Virus record (IMG/VR): IMGVR_UViG_3300035208_002098
Coordinates: 160,001 to 224,000 of that record
Direction: 5' to 3' (one strand)
Length of the DNA stretch: 64,000 bases
Origin: a virus
Lineage: Duplodnaviria > Caudoviricetes
Below are positions 16,459 to 26,227 of the stretch, in pieces. Numbering within the stretch: position 1 is the first letter of the stretch; each line of letters opens with the position of its first letter. The position numbers and the translations under genes were made by a program. The notes under the pieces are model-generated. The model worked only from the letters and a program-made list of their open reading frames with translations. It searched no databases and was not told the origin of the DNA.

Positions 16459-18096
16459 TTATTTTAATGGTTTCTTATAGTTTGAAATTATTGAAGTAAC
16501 TTCTTCTATCGTTTTACCAGTCTTTTTAGCTATTTCATTGTAAATACCTTCTTTAGAAATTACTGAATTTTTAGAAGATTTCATTTTAACTACATTATCT
16601 ACAGAACCTTGACTACACCCACCATTTTGTGCTTCTTTATTATTATTTAATTTAGTACAATCATCTAATTTAACAAACTCACCTTTAGGGTATTGGGTAT
16701 CTGATTGTGCATCCTCGTGAATACCTTCAATCGCATTCTCCGTATCTTGTCCAACCATTTTACCATTTGGCCAAAATGATTTTCTAGCTAACTTATGGTC
16801 TTTTTTACTTTTAGCCCAAATTTTAGGTTGTATATATGGTCCAGAACTACCACCATCACCACTAGCACCAGCAACAGTTGTTTCTTTAATACCATTATTT
16901 GTACTCCATTGTTGGTCATCATTAGGATTTATACCTTTACTAACTAAATATTTTAATGTGTAAACACCTATATTTTTATCTGGGTACATTTCTTTTAACT
17001 CATTAAAATAATCAACCACATCTTCTTTATACTCATTACCACCTAAAATTTTTCTATCATCTCTATTAAGTATAAAAAATAAATACCCATCTTGATTAAT
17101 TGTAGTAGTTGTTTCTAACTCACCTAATTGTAATTTACCAACAAATGCACCAGAAGAACCAGCGGCACCAGTTGTTTCGATAACTTGTGATAATACTTCA
17201 GCTAATTTTTCGTTAGGCCAAGTACTTAAAATAGCATCTTTAACTTCTTTATCAATTTTAATGAAATCAACACCTTGTTCGAAATCATCTAAACCACTAC
17301 CCATACTCAAATGTTTAATATTATCATTTACATACCCTTGTATTGCCTCACCATCAATATCGAAATCGTAATATTCATAACCATCTCTAGTATGCTCATA
17401 CGGTACCTCAGAATAATCAATGAAGTCTTTTTCATCTATATTCTCATAATAAAAATAATATAACCCACCATTATTTTCTAATATAGCTATTTCTGGATTA
17501 TAATATATAACTTTATATGTAATTGGGACTTTCTTTCTTTGAGTGTATTCTGAATTATCATTATACGGTGCACTTGGGTCGTTCTCTGCTCCAGATGGGT
17601 AATAACCACTATCTTCATCAATATCCGTTACAGGTTTGTTATTTTGAGTCAAAGAATCGTATAAATTTTTAATTTTACGTTTTAAATTTTTTCTAATAAC
17701 TCTAAATTCTTTACCACTACCATTCTCTACAATACTAACAATACCTAAATCACGCATTAATTTATACACATCGTTTCTAGTACTACCCATTTGTTCCCAT
17801 ACTGGAGTAAAACCAGCTTCACCCGGTTTTATCATTAAACCTTTTAAAAATTCAATAATTTCTTTTGCGAAATCGTATAATTCAACAATTTGTTGATTAT
17901 ACACTAATGGTGTTTGTGCTGCTTCAACCCTAAACCCTTTGATTTGTTTACCGTATTTTTTAAAATTACTACTAACTTGTTGACCCAATGATTCTAACAC
18001 TAGATTAAGTTGTCTTTCTGTTATTTTAATATTTTTTGGTGTATCAAACATTTGAAGCATCTTTGCTTGATTCTCGGTTACTTTAATTTTTTTCAT
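16459..18096 (-). CDS. Putative head-associated protein
   Basis: Repeated KITExQ and ETTxAxxSSG motifs. Confidence 0.55.
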   Translation of the reverse strand: MKKIKVTENQAKMLQMFDTPKNIKITERQLNLVLESLGQQVSSNFKKYGKQIKGFRVEAAQTPLVYNQQIVELYDFAKEIIEFLKGLMIKPGEAGFTPVWEQMGSTRNDVYKLMRDLGIVSIVENGSGKEFRVIRKNLKRKIKNLYDSLTQNNKPVTDIDEDSGYYPSGAENDPSAPYNDNSEYTQRKKVPITYKVIYYNPEIAILENNGGLYYFYYENIDEKDFIDYSEVPYEHTRDGYEYYDFDIDGEAIQGYVNDNIKHLSMGSGLDDFEQGVDFIKIDKEVKDAILSTWPNEKLAEVLSQVIETTGAAGSSGAFVGKLQLGELETTTTINQDGYLFFILNRDDRKILGGNEYKEDVVDYFNELKEMYPDKNIGVYTLKYLVSKGINPNDDQQWSTNNGIKETTVAGASGDGGSSGPYIQPKIWAKSKKDHKLARKSFWPNGKMVGQDTENAIEGIHEDAQSDTQYPKGEFVKLDDCTKLNNNKEAQNGGCSQGSVDNVVKMKSSKNSVISKEGIYNEIAKKTGKTIEEVTSIISNYKKPLK

Positions 18097-18098
18097 AT

Positions 18099-18365
18099 TT
18101 ATGAAGATTTATTACTTAACATTGTTTGCCAAAAACCTTTTTTTACCCATAAAGCTTTGAATAACTGAGTTATTACGTTTCTGGTAATATCAACGGTTTG
18201 ATTCTCTAAATCCTTATTCCCTTTAATTTCTTTTGAAACTAATTTAGAAATAATGTCTTTTAAATCTGATGATTTAATGGTTTTAGTAACCTCATCTTTA
18301 ATTTGGTCCTTTTCTTCCTTAGAGAAAGTTTCACTCAATCTTTGTTTAATTAGGTTTTGATACAT
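18099..18365 (-). CDS. Hypothetical protein
   Basis: 88 aa; ATATTTAT upstream; IKQRLSE leader. Confidence 0.7.
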   Translation of the reverse strand: MYQNLIKQRLSETFSKEEKDQIKDEVTKTIKSSDLKDIISKLVSKEIKGNKDLENQTVDITRNVITQLFKALWVKKGFWQTMLSNKSS

Positions 18366-18409
18366 ATTTTCTTTTATAATAAATATGTAAAAAGATATAA
18401 AAAAGGTAA

Positions 18410-18654
18410 TTATATAGTCATATTAATTGTAATGTGTTCTACTGGAGTTTCTGGTTGAACTAATAAATTATAGTAATTATCGTTTAACTCTGTTAATTCA
18501 TATCGAGAGTATAATAATCTAGATGGTGTAAACCCACATCACACATAACTGGAGTAGTTTGTACTGGAATATATGGCATCCAAACTAAACCTTCCGATAA
18601 TGTTGGGTTTGTAAAACTTAATTTTCTTCGTGATTTATAACCTAACCCAAACAT
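18410..18654 (-). CDS. FGxGYK-tagged capsid C-terminal fragment, split by a -1 frameshift
   Basis: Not in ORF track. Frame 0 (18654..18493): MFGLGYKSRRKLSF..GLVWMPYIPVQTTPV. Frame -1 continues FTPSRLLYSRY..NYY..VQPETPVEHITINMTI to the stop at 18410. Confidence 0.65.
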
Positions 18655-18848
18655 TAATTATTTTTTAAATCATTAAAAGCTTTAGCAAATTCACCAGAAC
18701 ATATAATAAAATTAGCACTACCATTCCTAGTTGCGTCATGCATTATTTTACAAGCTTTTTCAATTTTTTCTTGTAATTCTGACAATAATTTCTTTTGGTC
18801 TTTAAATGTTAAATCTTTTTTAGATTTATAACCTTCACCGAATGACAT
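18654..18848 (-). CDS. FGxGYK-tagged major-capsid-protein fragment
   Basis: MSFGEGYKSKKDLTF then LQEKIEKACKIMHDATRNGSANFIICSGEFAKAF, like the gp23 segment TRRGxGNFIICSxxVAxAL. Confidence 0.7.
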   Translation of the reverse strand: MSFGEGYKSKKDLTFKDQKKLLSELQEKIEKACKIMHDATRNGSANFIICSGEFAKAFNDLKNN

Positions 18849-18850
18849 AA

Positions 18851-19648
18851 TTAAAATCTTAAAAGCGAATAATGAATACCAATACCTATTTGTAACGATG
18901 GTTTTAAATTAGAACCAATACCAACACCTAAATAAGGACCAACACCCCATTTTTTCTGTACAACATATTTATTAAACACAGGGTTTTTTTTAGGGTCTAT
19001 AATAGCACCATCAATATTTAAAGCATTAAAACCCGGATAATCTGACCTAATAAAAATTTCTAAATTATCACCCTTTTCTCTTAAACCTGTAACTAAACTA
19101 AAATTAATTTCATCTTTTGTAATTAATGTTTGAGTTGGTATCACGGTTGAATCTTTTAATCTAAATTTACTTACACCTATAATATTTCTACTATTATTTG
19201 CACTATATATTGTATCGTGATGCCAAGCTAAACCATATTCACCATTAGGATAAATAATTACAGTATTTGTAATTTTAATGGTATCACCCGGTTTATTTTT
19301 AATACCTAATATAAATTTATTTAATTCATATACACGTCCTTTTTCTTTTTTAAGTTCTGAAGCTAAATCAGCATTAAGTTCTTTAAGACCATTTTTTTCT
19401 GTAATTAAAACATTTTTAGATGCTTCTAATTGACCAACTTTATTTTTAGATACTCTTACCGAATCAGATAACGCTTTATTATTTTGATTACTTATCTGTA
19501 AATCGTTTTTATTAGTACTACAGCTCCTAAGACTAAAAAACAATATTATACTCATACCAATTAACATAATTAATAAAGTATTACGTTGTTTATCAGTATT
19601 AAACCAACTAACAGCTTTTTTTTCAATTTCTTCTTTAATATCTGACAT
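18851..19648 (-). CDS. Membrane-anchored coiled-coil protein with C-terminal beta strands (spanin-like)
   Basis: TM/lipobox LRSCS, coiled coil, C-terminal WGVGPYLGVG..IGIGIHYSLLRF; near the amidase. Confidence 0.55.
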   Translation of the reverse strand: MSDIKEEIEKKAVSWFNTDKQRNTLLIMLIGMSIILFFSLRSCSTNKNDLQISNQNNKALSDSVRVSKNKVGQLEASKNVLITEKNGLKELNADLASELKKEKGRVYELNKFILGIKNKPGDTIKITNTVIIYPNGEYGLAWHHDTIYSANNSRNIIGVSKFRLKDSTVIPTQTLITKDEINFSLVTGLREKGDNLEIFIRSDYPGFNALNIDGAIIDPKKNPVFNKYVVQKKWGVGPYLGVGIGSNLKPSLQIGIGIHYSLLRF

Positions 19649-19665
19649 AATAAAACTTTTTTAAT

Positions 19666-20052
19666 TTATAATTTTGGTTTATAATCGGTTGCTAACTTTT
19701 GAGCCCAATCATCATGCCAACGTTTATAGTAACCAGTTAAGTGTTGTAACACTTCCATTGAATCATCACTTAATTGCATATTATTAACATTAATATATAG
19801 GCCATTAATACCTTCTAATGTACATTGGAATTCCATATTTAAATCTGGTATTGTACCGGATAATACAGCGTTACGTGCATTAGGATATACCTTAAATACA
19901 TTAAATTGGACCGATTTTGATACAATTTGCATAAATTGTGCTTGTTCTTCTTTTAATTCAGGACCTGTAACATCAATAGCGTCATTCGTTGCGTTTTCTC
20001 TAATAATGTTTAACATTCTTTTAGTCATGTCATGTTCGTCTATATTATTCAT
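19666..20052 (-). CDS. Hypothetical protein
   Basis: 128-aa ORF. Confidence 0.75.
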   Translation of the reverse strand: MNNIDEHDMTKRMLNIIRENATNDAIDVTGPELKEEQAQFMQIVSKSVQFNVFKVYPNARNAVLSGTIPDLNMEFQCTLEGINGLYINVNNMQLSDDSMEVLQHLTGYYKRWHDDWAQKLATDYKPKL

Positions 20053-20674
20053 AGTTTTCTAATTTATTTTTAAATAATTCGTAATTAAAAGCCGGACTTA
20101 AATCCGTGCTCTGTCTTTGATAATTGCTTTTGAAAACAATACCACGATATTCATAAATATCATCAACTTTTGTGTTGTGTCCAATTGTTTGTAACGGTAT
20201 CTTAAATTTATTTGATAAATATTTCGAAAGATATATTAATGATTCAATTTGTTTATCTGTATACCCATCCCAATATTCATGTGTTCTCCAAAGTCTTTTA
20301 AACATAGTATCAATATCATTATATTCATTACCTACCCATGTTGTTACCACACCATTTAATACATCATTAATTAACCACCCATTATTTTCCATAACTACAG
20401 GAATTATATGGTCATTAAGATTTTTATTATTTAAAAAATCTGAAGTATATTTCGGGTCATAATGCTGATATATATTACCATCTTTACTTATAGTAAACGC
20501 AGCGGTTTTTTTATATTCACCATAATATCTAGTTAACCAACCATTATAATGGTTCATACCACTAGAAAATGAATTACCTACAACTATTTGTGACTTTTTT
20601 TTAGCCGACCTACGATAATTACATTTAGGTAATTTATAACTTACATCATCTATTTTAATATCAGTTTCAACCAT
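20045..20674 (-). CDS. N-acetylmuramoyl-L-alanine amidase-like protein
   Basis: FTISKDGNIYQ, YTDKQIESL, IGHN, DLSPAF; first Zn-binding His appears missing. Confidence 0.7.
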   Translation of the reverse strand: MVETDIKIDDVSYKLPKCNYRRSAKKKSQIVVGNSFSSGMNHYNGWLTRYYGEYKKTAAFTISKDGNIYQHYDPKYTSDFLNNKNLNDHIIPVVMENNGWLINDVLNGVVTTWVGNEYNDIDTMFKRLWRTHEYWDGYTDKQIESLIYLSKYLSNKFKIPLQTIGHNTKVDDIYEYRGIVFKSNYQRQSTDLSPAFNYELFKNKLENYE

Positions 20675-21675
20675 TATTTATCTCTAAAAAATATAGTTTT
20701 TTTCTCATTATGTGGTCCAACTCTCATGATTTGGTTATTATTTACTGGTGTAGACTTAATATTTTGGTGTGGTGTTACACTATCAGTTACGACTTCATTA
20801 CCAGATATTACCGGTTCTTCATCTACAACATCAGTAGAAACCTCATCCACAACATCGATAACATCATCAGATATTACCGGTTCTTCAATTATTTCTTCGG
20901 TTTGTTTAACAGGGATAAAAAAATCTTCATTAACGGGTTCAACTTCTTTTATATCATTAATAAATTCTCTCGCAATTTCTTTAGCTTCATCTTCCGACAT
21001 TTTACCAACAGGAACTTTGAATATTCTTTTTCCCGTACTAGAAAACCCCGGTTCTGGTTGTAACAAATTCATAATGTTTTCATCATTAAAATAATCAATT
21101 TCTTCAATATCTGATGATACACCCTTTGGTTCATCATTTATTGGTGTTTCGGGAAATGGTATTGGGTCAGTGGTTTCTACTTTTAATTCATCACCTTCTT
21201 TATCATTAAAGTTAACTAATAAATGTAAGAATGATAGTGATATTATTGGTAATAAAGCCCCAGCAAATGCTGCTAACCACCTTCTATGTCCATCAATATC
21301 ACCAGTATCTACCATACTTAACATACTGAATAATGGGTCAACTAATATAACCCAATCTTTAAATAATTTACTTGTTACATCAACATATTGAAATACAAAA
21401 AACATATTACCTATTAATTGAATAAATGTTACTATTATAAATGGTAGGTATATTGCTTTATTATTTTTAACCGCTAATCCAGCTAAAGCACTTAAAGCCG
21501 CTATTTCAATACCAACCGATAAATATATTGCCCAGCTCATCGGATTTGTCATTGAATACCAAGTTATAACGTGTGATATCGATACAAATGCAACGAATAA
21601 TATAGGTATAATATAAGATAATCTTATGATTGTCTTATAATTATTTGTGAACCAATTTCTAATACTACTATACAT
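20674..21675 (-). CDS. Four-TM membrane protein with an acidic tail containing a portal-like insert
   Basis: TM helices in residues 15-155; KRIFKVPVGKM..EDFFIPVK at 21033..20905. Confidence 0.75.
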   Translation of the reverse strand: MYSSIRNWFTNNYKTIIRLSYIIPILFVAFVSISHVITWYSMTNPMSWAIYLSVGIEIAALSALAGLAVKNNKAIYLPFIIVTFIQLIGNMFFVFQYVDVTSKLFKDWVILVDPLFSMLSMVDTGDIDGHRRWLAAFAGALLPIISLSFLHLLVNFNDKEGDELKVETTDPIPFPETPINDEPKGVSSDIEEIDYFNDENIMNLLQPEPGFSSTGKRIFKVPVGKMSEDEAKEIAREFINDIKEVEPVNEDFFIPVKQTEEIIEEPVISDDVIDVVDEVSTDVVDEEPVISGNEVVTDSVTPHQNIKSTPVNNNQIMRVGPHNEKKTIFFRDK

Positions 21676-21677
21676 AA

Positions 21678-21971
21678 TTATTTATTTTCTAATTTATTTA
21701 TTTCCTTCTCATTATCACTTTGACGATTAACATCTAATAATTTTCTATCCGTTGCTTGAATAAATCTATTTTCCGTTTTAAGACCTTCTATTTTAATTGT
21801 TTTATTGATTTTTTCTATAGCTACAGCATTTGAATCAATAGCTTTCTTATTCACTACAGATAGTTGTTCTATTTTACTATTTGTTGAACATGTTCTAAAG
21901 AACATGATAAATATTAATGGTACTATAATTACCATCCCATATTCATTTAAAAAATTTCTAAGTTTTTTCAT
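21678..21971 (-). CDS. Putative lipoprotein
   Basis: Hydrophobic N-terminus ending FRTCS. Confidence 0.6.
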   Translation of the reverse strand: MKKLRNFLNEYGMVIIVPLIFIMFFRTCSTNSKIEQLSVVNKKAIDSNAVAIEKINKTIKIEGLKTENRFIQATDRKLLDVNRQSDNEKEINKLENK

Positions 21972-22033
21972 AATTTAAAGTTTTATTATAAATATATAAA
22001 CATATATTATTCTTTTGTAAAGTTTATTAACAT

Positions 22034-22057
22034 AAAAAAGGCCTCAGTTGAGGCCTT
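22034..22057 (-). terminator. Intrinsic terminator
   Basis: AGGCCTCA/TGAGGCCT stem plus T tract after the sigma gene. Confidence 0.85.
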
Positions 22058-22060
22058 AAT

Positions 22061-22894
22061 TTATTCTTTTTCATTATATATTAAATTATATAAATCGGTC
22101 ATATTATGTCTTAACTTTCTAATAGCCTTTTCTTTAATTTGACGAATTCGTTCTTTAGTTAAATTATATTTTTCACCAATACCTTCTAAAGTCATTGGCT
22201 CGTATAATTCATTTAATCCAAAATATAAAATAATGATGTCTTTTTCTCTATTAGTAAGGTCGGCCAGCATTTTATCTAACTCTTTTCTTATTAATTTATC
22301 ACTTTCTTCATCTTTTTCAGTTTCGTATGTTTCATAATTAAAAATCTCAATTAACTCATCGCCACTTTCATTTATGATAGTACTTAAAGATGTTGGACGT
22401 TCATTTAAAACTAAATCACTTAATTTTATATCAGCTAATTCACCAATACATGGACCATGCTCATGAGTTATCTCATAACGGTCAATATTCTTCTTAATTT
22501 GATTTAAACTATTAATAACGTTAGCTGGTAATCTAATTAACCTTGAATTGCAGTTTAATCCGTGTATAATAGATTGACGAACCCACCATACAGCATATGA
22601 TATAAATCTAAAACCTCTCGTATGGTCAAACTTAATCGCTGCTTTAATTAATCCTTCATTACCATCATTGATTAAATCATTAATATTTGTTCCTTGGTAT
22701 TGGTATTCCTTTGCTATGGAAATAACAAATTTAAGATTTGCTGTAACTAATTCTTCTATAGCACTAGCATCACCATCTTGTATTCTAATAGCTAACGCAA
22801 CTTCTTCTTCAGGTGTTAATAAATTAGTTTTTTTTATATCCTTAAAATACCTTGATAAAGTATCATCATTTCCATTAATAAATTTTTTTGACAT
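22061..22894 (-). CDS. RNA polymerase sigma factor, RpoD/SigA family without region 1.1
   Basis: ANLKFVISIAK, DLINDGNEGLIKAAIKFD, RFISYAVWWVRQ, LTKERIRQIKEKAIRKLR. Confidence 0.95.
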   Translation of the reverse strand: MSKKFINGNDDTLSRYFKDIKKTNLLTPEEEVALAIRIQDGDASAIEELVTANLKFVISIAKEYQYQGTNINDLINDGNEGLIKAAIKFDHTRGFRFISYAVWWVRQSIIHGLNCNSRLIRLPANVINSLNQIKKNIDRYEITHEHGPCIGELADIKLSDLVLNERPTSLSTIINESGDELIEIFNYETYETEKDEESDKLIRKELDKMLADLTNREKDIIILYFGLNELYEPMTLEGIGEKYNLTKERIRQIKEKAIRKLRHNMTDLYNLIYNEKE

Positions 22895-22986
22895 TCATAA
22901 AATCTTATAACTATTGTTATTTATACTCAATATAACATGAATATCACCCAATATACTATGTATATTGGATAAAGTCAATAGTTTTA

Positions 22987-23532
22987 CTAAGATTTTTTTG
23001 TTAAACACGATAAATATTTTTTATCATAATCAGTTAGTTTGTCTAACCCTTTATCAATCAATTTATTAATTTCAACTTGTTTTTCATTACTACTCATTTT
23101 TTTTATTGATTCCACCATAATTTTATCATCTGTGACTATAATAGCATCACTAACCGATGTACCACTATATTTAGATACGTGTTTTATATCTTTAAGTGAA
23201 GTAACTATATCTTTAAGTAATTTAACACTCATATCTTCTAGAATATCCGGGTTATTTTTAATTATCTTCTCAAAAAGTTTTTCATTCGTATCTTTACCAT
23301 CATTAATAAATGCTGCATAGGAACCACGATTCATTTCGAATAAAATAAAACTCCTATTATTCAACTTGAAATAGTCATTTAATTCATTTACCGAAACGGC
23401 ACTTGAAAATGTTGCTATTATTAAACCTTTAGCTTGTAATAGATTAACTGATGATTCTGAAATTTTTGTTATCTCATCTTTACCACCATTAATATCACCC
23501 AACATTATTAAACAATAATTTGTAAATTTCAT
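22987..23532 (-). CDS. Hypothetical protein
   Basis: 181-aa ORF. Confidence 0.75.
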   Translation of the reverse strand: MKFTNYCLIMLGDINGGKDEITKISESSVNLLQAKGLIIATFSSAVSVNELNDYFKLNNRSFILFEMNRGSYAAFINDGKDTNEKLFEKIIKNNPDILEDMSVKLLKDIVTSLKDIKHVSKYSGTSVSDAIIVTDDKIMVESIKKMSSNEKQVEINKLIDKGLDKLTDYDKKYLSCLTKKS

Positions 23533-23577
23533 ATTCTTTTTATTTAAAAATACTAACTTTTTTACTATTTCGCAACT

Positions 23578-25929
23578 TTATTTAGTAGAAATTGTTGAAA
23601 TATTGTTAACTTTTTTAATAGTAATAATATTATCGGCCCAATCTCTTATTATTGGGTTGTGGGTTATTAATAAAACGATATCAAACATATCTCTAATTTT
23701 ATCAAATAATAATTTCATATAATCTAAATTCTCATTTGCGACCTTACCTAAGACCTCATCAAATCCGATGAAGTTTGGTTTAGGTAAATTAGAAACTCGG
23801 CTTAAAACGCATCTTAATGCTAATGAGGCAGCTGTTTTCTCTAACCCGGAACCAGATTTAAGGAACTTACGAACATCATCTTTAATTATAATGAAATCTA
23901 AGTCATTTTTAGAGTTAATTTCCAATTCAATATCAAAATCAGTTACTTCATCTAATAAACGATGTAATTCAAAGTTAATTAATGGTAATACAGTACGTAA
24001 TACTAGTTTACTAATACCTTTTTTACCAACCATATCAATATAAATCTTATAAATTTGTTCAACCTTATCTTCTTTCTTAATAACCTCAATTATTTTAGTT
24101 TTATTTTCGATTTCAACCTTATTTTGTTCAATATCAGCTTTACATTTTTGTATTTTATTTAATGTAATATCACGGTCACCTTCATTACGTTGAATTTTAC
24201 CATTAACACCCATAATTTCAACATCTAATTGACGATTAAGTTCTATCGCACTATTATTTAGATTATATTTGTTTAAATCATTCCTTTTAGCTTTTAAATC
24301 ATTCCTTAATGAATTAATAACTACATCACATCGGTCTTTTTTTAATTCTAATTTATCTTTTTCATCAGATAATTCTTTAGACTGTTTCATAACAGTTAAA
24401 ACTTCAGATAATTTACTTAATTTTTTAATATATTCACTAATATTTTTTTTAAGTGTGTCTATTTTGGTAGAATTTTCACTTATGTGGTCAGTGTGGTCAA
24501 TACCAACTAATGGTCTTTTACACATAGTGCATATTTCACTATCTCTTAATTCAATATTTAAATTTTCAAGTCGTGTTATCTCCCTCTCACTAGTTTCTTT
24601 ATCTAATTTAGAGCTTCTTTGTTGTGATAAAGTATCTTCGTATATTAATTCATCAAACACCACATCGCCTATTTCAGTTATTCTTTTACTATATGTTTCT
24701 AGATTAACAGCCTCTAATTTACCTTTTGCAATAATTTCATCTATATCACGATTTATTTTATTTGGGTCTAATTGTATTATAGCATCATCAATTTCTTGTT
24801 TACTGGTTAATAATTTTTCTTTTTGACTATTTAATACAACCAATTCTTCATTAATTCTTTTTAGATTAGTTTCATTTGTTTCTAATGCAACACCAATGGA
24901 TATAATATTTTCTCCATGTTCATCAACTTCATGTCCAAGGTCAATAATATTATAATGATTTGATTTCATTGTTTTACTAAACGCATTATACATATCTCTA
25001 GCAGCTTGTTCTTTTTGTTCTATAATCTCCAACCCAATAAATCTAGTTAATAATTTACCTCTAGCAGTCGCTTGAGTATCTATTAAATCTTCTAAATTTT
25101 TACCTGTGGCTACTATTGTGGTCATGAAATCACTTTCGGTTCCAATAGTCTCAATTATTCTTTGAGTTGTTTCAATACCATCCTTACCATCTAATAATTT
25201 TTCTTCACCATCTGGTAAAATTTCATAATAGTTTACAGTATTTTTTATTGTATACCCACTACCGTCTCTTTTAGGGCTTCTAGTCATAAGTCTTTCAATA
25301 ATGAAATCATCACCACTAATATCTACCATACCCCTAACAGATAATTCATTACTACTACTAAATTGATTAAATATATCTTCGTTTTTATCTGTTTTTGTTG
25401 TTGTACCAAAGAATAAAAATAGTAACGCATCAATACTAAACGTTGTTTTACCACCTTGATTTAATGGCTCTGATGTGATAACATTAATACCTTTTAATTT
25501 ACTAAATGGTATATTATTATCTTCACCAAAACATAAAAAATTATTAATTACTAAGTGTTTTAAACTCCATGTCCTAAAATCGAATTCATTTTGTTTAAAA
25601 TCAATTGAATCATTAACTTTCTTATCTAACGCTAGTAATCTATCAAAATCAACTATTTTATTTTCACGGGCTATCCATTCTTTAAATAACTGATGTTGAT
25701 AATTAATATCCATAATATTTTCAATCCCTACACCAGTTAATTGAATGATATTACCATCTTTGTCTTTTTTAACAGGTCTAAAAATTACATTTACCGAATT
25801 TTTTGGAACACCATATTTATTCGAAAAATAATTTCTAACTCTATTTCTATCTTCTCTTGAATACTTCTCTGGTTTATCATCCCAATATATTCTAAGTGAT
25901 GCTTTATTTGGTATATCTATTTTACTCAT
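23578..25929 (-). CDS. SbcC/Rad50 (T4 gp46-like) ATPase
   Basis: Walker A NQGGKTT, CTMC hook, signature SGLE, Walker B FDEV, LITH. Confidence 0.92.
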   Translation of the reverse strand: MSKIDIPNKASLRIYWDDKPEKYSREDRNRVRNYFSNKYGVPKNSVNVIFRPVKKDKDGNIIQLTGVGIENIMDINYQHQLFKEWIARENKIVDFDRLLALDKKVNDSIDFKQNEFDFRTWSLKHLVINNFLCFGEDNNIPFSKLKGINVITSEPLNQGGKTTFSIDALLFLFFGTTTKTDKNEDIFNQFSSSNELSVRGMVDISGDDFIIERLMTRSPKRDGSGYTIKNTVNYYEILPDGEEKLLDGKDGIETTQRIIETIGTESDFMTTIVATGKNLEDLIDTQATARGKLLTRFIGLEIIEQKEQAARDMYNAFSKTMKSNHYNIIDLGHEVDEHGENIISIGVALETNETNLKRINEELVVLNSQKEKLLTSKQEIDDAIIQLDPNKINRDIDEIIAKGKLEAVNLETYSKRITEIGDVVFDELIYEDTLSQQRSSKLDKETSEREITRLENLNIELRDSEICTMCKRPLVGIDHTDHISENSTKIDTLKKNISEYIKKLSKLSEVLTVMKQSKELSDEKDKLELKKDRCDVVINSLRNDLKAKRNDLNKYNLNNSAIELNRQLDVEIMGVNGKIQRNEGDRDITLNKIQKCKADIEQNKVEIENKTKIIEVIKKEDKVEQIYKIYIDMVGKKGISKLVLRTVLPLINFELHRLLDEVTDFDIELEINSKNDLDFIIIKDDVRKFLKSGSGLEKTAASLALRCVLSRVSNLPKPNFIGFDEVLGKVANENLDYMKLLFDKIRDMFDIVLLITHNPIIRDWADNIITIKKVNNISTISTK

Positions 25930-26224
25930 CGTATATATCTGTCTTTAAATTGTTTTTATCTTTTTTAATAATAATGTCCTGTTTGTCCGGATTAATGTCC
26001 GGATTAATAAGTAAATCAAGAATAGGTACTGGTGGTGATAAACTTATTACTGGTATTATTTCATTAGCTATTGTTGGGTTTGTTCTACCTTGGAACATTT
26101 CTGGTTTATACCCATATTTTTCTATTGTAAAGGCCCTTTTTAATAATTTATCTTTAAAACCTTCAATATCAGTAATATTATTCGCATTACAATATTGTAA
26201 TATTTCATCGTGTATACTAGACAT
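25922..26224 (-). CDS. Hypothetical protein
   Basis: 100-aa ORF between the sbcD- and sbcC-like genes. Confidence 0.65.
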   Translation of the reverse strand: MSSIHDEILQYCNANNITDIEGFKDKLLKRAFTIEKYGYKPEMFQGRTNPTIANEIIPVISLSPPVPILDLLINPDINPDKQDIIIKKDKNNLKTDIYDE

Positions 26225-26227
26225 AGT

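Noticed and set aside
20802-20887. 20-nt direct repeat CAGATATTACCGGTTCTTCA
   Set aside because: Simple coding duplication (EEPVIS) in a low-complexity tail
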